DNA of 64,000 nucleotides from positions 1,760,001 through 1,824,000 of the forward strand of contig OZ252220.1 of the NCBI GenBank assembly GCA_965249135.1, written 5' to 3'. Made by a program: the position numbers and the translations under genes. Shown here one piece after another: positions 58,787 through 64,000 of this stretch (the first letter of the stretch is position 1; each line of letters starts with the position of its first letter). Below the pieces are notes generated by a model. That model saw nothing but the letters and a program-made list of their open reading frames with translations, ran no database searches and was not told where the DNA came from. The DNA comes from Alphaproteobacteria bacterium (GTDB lineage Bacteria; Pseudomonadota; Alphaproteobacteria; GCA-2746255).

Positions 58787-59911
58787 ATGCGGCCGTACCG
58801 TAACGCAGAGGCAAGGCGTTTGAACACTCCGAAACTGATCATTGGCGGATACAGCGCCTCCGGGAAGAGCACGCTTTGTCTGTTGCTCGACGGTCATCCC
58901 CGCCTGCGCGTCTCTTACTTCATGGAGAAGTTCGACCGTGTCCTAACCGCGGGGCTGGATCGAATCCGGCAAGCCTCGGACATGACCGGAGCACGTGGCA
59001 GAAACCTGAAGGCGTTGTTCTGCCTGCAGGCGGTCGATGAAATCTACAACGTGCACTTTATAACCTTCCGAAACTTGTTGGAGCTTCATAGCTATCTCAG
59101 CATTATTGAAGCCGAAAGCCTTGTCGGAGAAACAGACAGCGGGGCAACCGGAAGCGCGATCCACGGCATGTCGTTCAACCTAGATTTCGAGGGGTTTCAA
59201 CGGCTTTGGAAGGAACGCCTATTCCTTACCGACCGCGTCCTCAGCCGTGAGGACGTGCTCGACATTCTCTACGACTGTCTCTTTACGTCTTTTCGCGACG
59301 TAGACTGGTCCCATAGCGATGAGACCATGAATGTCTTCTGCATCGAAAACAGCCTCGCCCCGATCGAACTCGCACTCGCGGACGACTTCGATGCGAAGTT
59401 CATCATCATGCGCCGTCCGCTCAAGGATATGTACGCGGCATTTGTGGAACGAATATCCTACACGAACGGACTTTCCAACATGCGCGAAGCCGAGGTGAGA
59501 TCCAGGGAGCACTGGTTCCGGCATCCGCGCCTGCGGATTGACCGCAGGATCGACGAGCTGGCTGCTCGTCATCCGGATCGTTTCATGATCCTGGATATCG
59601 CAGACGTTGTCGTCGACTACCGGAAAACGATTCCGAAAATCGCCGATTTCATCGGCATCGAGATGGACTCGATCCTGTTGCGTCCGACTTTTCACGGCCG
59701 CGAATTCCCCGAAAGCGCGGAGTATCTCGGCAAGGTTCAAGACGCTGAAAAGAAGGATCTGATCAGCACCCTATCGCAAGCCGTTTTCGAACTGCAGTAC
59801 CGCGAGGCGACCATCGGTGAGGCGCTTGCCTGTGGTCATCTTCCGGCGGGGCTGGAATATACGCGCCTGAAACTCAAACGAGCCCGCTGGGGACGCTTCC
59901 TTCCCATATAG
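58787..59911 (+). CDS. Sulfotransferase-family protein
   Basis: GGYSASGKSTL..LLDGHP 5'-PSB-like loop, KFIIMRRP 3'-PB-like motif, IADFIGI...L.PTF.G; start uncertain. Confidence 0.65.
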   Translation: MRPYRNAEARRLNTPKLIIGGYSASGKSTLCLLLDGHPRLRVSYFMEKFDRVLTAGLDRIRQASDMTGARGRNLKALFCLQAVDEIYNVHFITFRNLLELHSYLSIIEAESLVGETDSGATGSAIHGMSFNLDFEGFQRLWKERLFLTDRVLSREDVLDILYDCLFTSFRDVDWSHSDETMNVFCIENSLAPIELALADDFDAKFIIMRRPLKDMYAAFVERISYTNGLSNMREAEVRSREHWFRHPRLRIDRRIDELAARHPDRFMILDIADVVVDYRKTIPKIADFIGIEMDSILLRPTFHGREFPESAEYLGKVQDAEKKDLISTLSQAVFELQYREATIGEALACGHLPAGLEYTRLKLKRARWGRFLPI

Positions 59912-59970
59912 CGAAGGTTCAATGATATGCAGACCGACGCCACTTACCTCCGCGGTGCAGCATAATTCGG

Positions 59971-61812
59971 ATGTCACAAGCGTTGCTGAACAAATTTAAA
60001 CGCCCGGCCGAAGCCGTTTGGCTGTCGGTGCGGCAACGGCTGGGAATCACGGGATTGCTGCTCTGCCTGTCGCTCGCGCAGGGGTTCGCCGCCCTGTTCG
60101 GCATTACTGCTTTTGTTCCGATCATCCAGCTGATGAGCGGAGAGGCCGCTGGCGGCCAGCAACGACTGCCGATCGTCGACGATCTTGTCAGTTTCTTGGG
60201 TGGCTATGGATCCGAAACGTTCTATTGGCTTGTCGGTATTCTTTTACTGCTGGGCCTAACGAAGGGCGTTCTGCAATTCGGATATCAGTACTTCCTAATG
60301 CGGCTGAAACTTTTCGTCATCGCCCATTGGCAGCGACGCATCGTCTTCAAGTGGATCAACGCGCCCTACGAACAACACAGCCGCCAACGTTCGGCTAACT
60401 TACTGAATCTGACGGCCAACGAAGTTGGCCATATGGGAAACAGCATATCCTCCGTGATCATTGGGCTGGGGGCTGTGTTACAGATAGCACTTGCCTTGGC
60501 CTTTCTTGCCGCGGTCTCGATTACCGCACTTGCCGCACTGCTTATCGCGCTGTTCATCGTGGCCATGCCGATATTCTTCATCGCGAAACGCTTGTTTTCC
60601 GCCGCGTCGAAGGAAGCCGAAGGGCTGCGCGGTTACACCGAGCGTGTTCACGACATCATCAAGCGCATCGAGCTGATCGACCTTGTCAGAACATGGGCTC
60701 AGGAGGAGTCACTGGCGCAACAAAGCTTTGGCACCCATATCAGAAACAAGTCCCGGTTGTACCGCCTGCGTCTCCTCGCCCCGTTTTCGATCCAGACAAC
60801 GCTAACGATTATCGTGTCGGGCCTGATCATCTTCCTTTTCGAAACGGAAACTGGTTCCGCCCCGCTCGGCACGTTTCTGATGTTCATAGGCGGCTTGATC
60901 ATAATCCAGCCCCAACTGGAGGCCCTCGTCACCGCGCTCAATGAATTTATCCGCATCGGCGCCGCCTACGATCAGATGCTCGCCGTGCTGAATCTGCCCG
61001 ACCGCCCGAAGGCTCTTCCGCAATTGTCGCCGTCGGCGACACCGGAAACGCCATACAAGATCCAGGTCCGGGATCTCAGTTTCAGCTATAGCTCGGAGCA
61101 TGAAACGGTGCCGGTTCTCCGGCACGCCGCGGTGAATTTGCGAGCGGGCGGACTCTACATGGTTTTTGGCGAGACCGGTGCCGGCAAGACGACGTTCCTA
61201 CGGCTGCTGCAAGGATTGCTGCAACCAGATCGGGGAACAATCCTCATGGACGGTGTTCGCGCCGATACCCTGGACCGGGAAGAGATGGTGCGGAAGATAT
61301 TGATGATGCCGCAGGATTATCTCGTGTTTACGGGGACGATCCGCGAGAATCTTGAATACGGCATGGGTTCGATCTCCAACGAGAAGATCGAGCGTGCACT
61401 GCAACTTGCCGGCGCGGAGGATTTCGTCGCCAAGCTGCCCAGCGGTATCGACACCGATATTGGTCGCGACGGCGCCTTGCTTTCCGGCGGTCAACGGCAA
61501 CGGGTCGCCCTTGCGCGAGTCATTGTGGCGGCGCCGCAGATCATGCTTTTCGACGAACCGACCAGCGCCTTGGATCGTCATATGGAGCGCCATATCATGG
61601 CCGGCATGGACGAACTCTGCTCCCAAGGACACACCATCGTCATGTCCACGCACAAAATCGATCTGGCACCGTTGGCCGATGAATTGTTGTGGTTCAGCGA
61701 CGGCACAATCGTTCAAGGGTCGTACGACGATTTCAGCCGGATTCTTTCTGAAACGCATCGAGTGGCGCGGCGGGTAAGCAGCGCTACAGCCGAGCGTTTC
61801 GAGGGTTTTTAG
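59971..61812 (+). CDS. ABC exporter, fused TMD+NBD (MsbA/PglK/Wzk-like)
   Basis: Six TM region, GETGAGKT, LSGGQRQR, FDEPTSALD, H-loop. Confidence 0.9.
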   Translation: MSQALLNKFKRPAEAVWLSVRQRLGITGLLLCLSLAQGFAALFGITAFVPIIQLMSGEAAGGQQRLPIVDDLVSFLGGYGSETFYWLVGILLLLGLTKGVLQFGYQYFLMRLKLFVIAHWQRRIVFKWINAPYEQHSRQRSANLLNLTANEVGHMGNSISSVIIGLGAVLQIALALAFLAAVSITALAALLIALFIVAMPIFFIAKRLFSAASKEAEGLRGYTERVHDIIKRIELIDLVRTWAQEESLAQQSFGTHIRNKSRLYRLRLLAPFSIQTTLTIIVSGLIIFLFETETGSAPLGTFLMFIGGLIIIQPQLEALVTALNEFIRIGAAYDQMLAVLNLPDRPKALPQLSPSATPETPYKIQVRDLSFSYSSEHETVPVLRHAAVNLRAGGLYMVFGETGAGKTTFLRLLQGLLQPDRGTILMDGVRADTLDREEMVRKILMMPQDYLVFTGTIRENLEYGMGSISNEKIERALQLAGAEDFVAKLPSGIDTDIGRDGALLSGGQRQRVALARVIVAAPQIMLFDEPTSALDRHMERHIMAGMDELCSQGHTIVMSTHKIDLAPLADELLWFSDGTIVQGSYDDFSRILSETHRVARRVSSATAERFEGF

Positions 61813-61977
61813 ATTGACAGAGCCCGCATTCAATCCTAATCGGAAGCCGGCAGATCAGAAGATACCTGGGTACCGGGCAGTGACTGCGGCGACAGAAGCA
61901 GTGCTCAAAAAGGACATAGCAAGTGACGCGCATTTTGCTCCCGGCCGCCAGCAAGTACCCACGGACCCGAATCGACG

Positions 61978-62595
61978 ATGAGTGAAGAACAACAATCGGC
62001 TGACGTGGCGGTCAGTTTCCTGAGAGCTGTACAGCAGCACCTTGCCCCCTCAGAGCGGATTTTAACGGACCTCCGCACGATCTACGACCTGCTGCGCCAA
62101 ACCTCGCGTCAGGGAGGACGAGTCCTAATCGTCGGCAACGGCGGCTCCGCGGCTATCGCGTCACATGTCGCGACCGACATGACAAAGAACGCCGGCATCC
62201 GCAGCCTGACATTTTCGGACGCATCGATGATCTCCTGCCTGGCCAATGACTATGGTTTTGAGAATTGGATGCATCATGCCGTTAGGCTTCATGCCCAATG
62301 GGACGACATGCTTATTGCCATCAGTTCGTCCGGCCGGTCCGCCAACATACTTGGCGCGGTGGAACAGGCGCACAAGATGGACCTGCCGGTAGTCACTCTA
62401 ACGGGCTTCGATGTGGACAATCCGGTCCGAGAACTCGGCGACGCCAATCTCTGGGTGGACAGTCGTGCCTACAACGTAGTGGAAACGGTTCACCAGACGT
62501 GGTTGCTGTGCTTGGTCGATATGATTATCGGCAAAAGTGAATATTTGGCAACGCGGGTCGCGCAGCCGACGCTGGTGACCAGGACGACGTCGTGA
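61978..62595 (+). CDS. SIS-domain sugar-phosphate isomerase (GmhA-like)
   Basis: GNGGSAAIASH, ANDYG, ISSSG.S.N, LTGF, E..H. Confidence 0.87.
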   Translation: MSEEQQSADVAVSFLRAVQQHLAPSERILTDLRTIYDLLRQTSRQGGRVLIVGNGGSAAIASHVATDMTKNAGIRSLTFSDASMISCLANDYGFENWMHHAVRLHAQWDDMLIAISSSGRSANILGAVEQAHKMDLPVVTLTGFDVDNPVRELGDANLWVDSRAYNVVETVHQTWLLCLVDMIIGKSEYLATRVAQPTLVTRTTS

Positions 62596-63605
62596 CAGTC
62601 TCGAATTCTGTATTCCGGGCGGGACTCATCGGTCTGGGGGGGATGGGGAAGATCCACGATCGCGTCCTGGCGGGTATCGACGATATTGACGTGATCGCCA
62701 TATTCGACCCCGAGCCGGTCGACGATCCGCGCGCGGTCGCAGATGCCGCTGCGATACTGAACCACCCTGATATCAACGTCGTCTATATCGCGACCCCGAA
62801 TCACCTAACCGTCGACTACGGCATCGCGGCCCTTGAGCGGGGAAAGCACATCTTCTGCGAGAAGCCCTTGGGCTGTTCAGGCTCTGACGCCGCCCGCTTG
62901 GTTGCGGCGTCCCTCAAGGCCCCTGAATGTGTCGTCAAAGTTGGCCTCAATCATCGCTACATGGTCCACTACCGGGAGGCCAAGCGACTCATTCAATCCG
63001 GCAAGTACGGTCGGATTTTGTGGATTCGCGGACGCTACGGTAAGGGCAGCGACGAACTTTACCCGAAGAGTTGGCGCGCAAAAAAGGATCAGGCGGGCGG
63101 CGGCATTCTGATCGACCAGGGCATCCATATGATCGACCTAGCGCTCGACATACTCAACGAGCCGATCATCGAGAAAAAAAGTTTCCTTTCGAGCCGACGC
63201 TGGCCGGAAATCGACACGGAGGACAACGCGTTCGTTCTGCTGCGCAGCGAATCGGGCGTGACAGTATCCGTGCACTCCTCGATCACGCAATACAATCACA
63301 TCTTTTCGCTCGAGATTGGCCTCGAGTACGGCTTGGTCGAAGTAAATGGCGTGCTGAGCTCCACGAAGAGTTACGGGAAGGAACGCCTTATCATCCATCA
63401 CAGTTGGAAAGACAATTTTTGTCATGAGAATACGTTCACTTACCGATCCAACGATTACTACACGATTAGGAACGAAAGCATCGACTTCATCGATGTCATT
63501 CGTACCGGCCGCCGCGAATTCGACGGCAACCTGGCGCAGGCAGTCAGGTTGATGGAGATAATCGATGAGATCTACAGTGCTGACGATATCTTTCAACAGT
63601 ACTGA
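62592..63605 (+). CDS. Gfo/Idh/MocA-family oxidoreductase
   Basis: IGLGGMG, ATPN, FCEKP, NHR, GGG.L.DQGIH.ID, EDNA. Confidence 0.9.
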   Translation: MTVSNSVFRAGLIGLGGMGKIHDRVLAGIDDIDVIAIFDPEPVDDPRAVADAAAILNHPDINVVYIATPNHLTVDYGIAALERGKHIFCEKPLGCSGSDAARLVAASLKAPECVVKVGLNHRYMVHYREAKRLIQSGKYGRILWIRGRYGKGSDELYPKSWRAKKDQAGGGILIDQGIHMIDLALDILNEPIIEKKSFLSSRRWPEIDTEDNAFVLLRSESGVTVSVHSSITQYNHIFSLEIGLEYGLVEVNGVLSSTKSYGKERLIIHHSWKDNFCHENTFTYRSNDYYTIRNESIDFIDVIRTGRREFDGNLAQAVRLMEIIDEIYSADDIFQQY

Positions 63606-63650
63606 TTACAGCAATCGTATATCCATATTCGTGATTGGGTGAGGGTCGAC

Positions 63651-64000
63651 ATGAGAGCTGTCGCAGTCGTTGGCATCAAGACCAACAATGTGAGGATGCC
63701 GGGCAAGAATACCCGGCCCCTGGGTGGCGTGCCACTCTACGCGCATGTCTGGCGCATGCTGTTGGAGACGGTTAGGATCGACCGTGTTCTGGTCGATTCT
63801 TCGGATCAAGCGATCCTCGCGTCGGCGGTCGAACACGGGTTTGATACGCACGCACGCGATCCCGCATTAAACGGACCGGAGACGAGCGGGCACGATCTTA
63901 TTCGCAACCTGCTGCCTGTCATTCAGGAAGAGATTATTTGCCAAATCTTCGTCACCACGCCGTTCATCCGCGCGGAGTCTGTCGACGGCGCCATTCAGGC
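63651..64000 (+). CDS. Cytidylyltransferase (NeuA-like), truncated by window end
   Basis: Not in the ORF track; ATG 63651 after GAGGG, reads MRAVAVVGIKTNNVRMPGKNTRPLGGVPL...VDSS...TTPF. Confidence 0.78.
   Translation, partial: MRAVAVVGIKTNNVRMPGKNTRPLGGVPLYAHVWRMLLETVRIDRVLVDSSDQAILASAVEHGFDTHARDPALNGPETSGHDLIRNLLPVIQEEIICQIFVTTPFIRAESVDGAIQ

Overview
Bacterial chromosomal segment, most likely alphaproteobacterial (inferred from gene content and order: ialB-family/rlmN/argG, folD/DUF167/yggT, tRNA-Ala(CGC)). About 1-23.7 kb is housekeeping DNA: 3' end of folE, trkH, argD-argF, ABC permease, recX, mscS, arsC-family, tas, thpR, fructosamine kinase plus LMW phosphatase, cobB, UDG, phhB, scoAB, rlmN, argG, folD, tRNA-Ala and a metallophosphoesterase. 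From about 23.8 kb to the window end (still open at 64,000) is a tightly packed, almost entirely + strand surface-glycan locus of at least 39 kb. It has a pseudaminic-acid-type entry (pseB, pseC, pseG-like, pseF-like), three different NeuB-family ulosonate synthases and four cytidylyltransferase domains (two in fusions). It also has a large tailoring set: four methyltransferases, three Fe(II)/2OG oxygenases, a CMAH/NamH-like metallo-beta-lactamase-fold protein, a radical SAM/SPASM enzyme, a carbamoyltransferase, an AAC(3)-family acyltransferase, a sulfotransferase, a class III aminotransferase, a frameshifted MBOAT and an ABC exporter. The operon leader carries a hairpin followed by an 11/12 match to the RfaH ops element. 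Several short tandem duplications are visible (in cobB, at the yciI stop, in and after the MBOAT gene). No integrase, transposase, CRISPR array or rRNA was seen. All family calls come from motif recognition by eye, not database searches.
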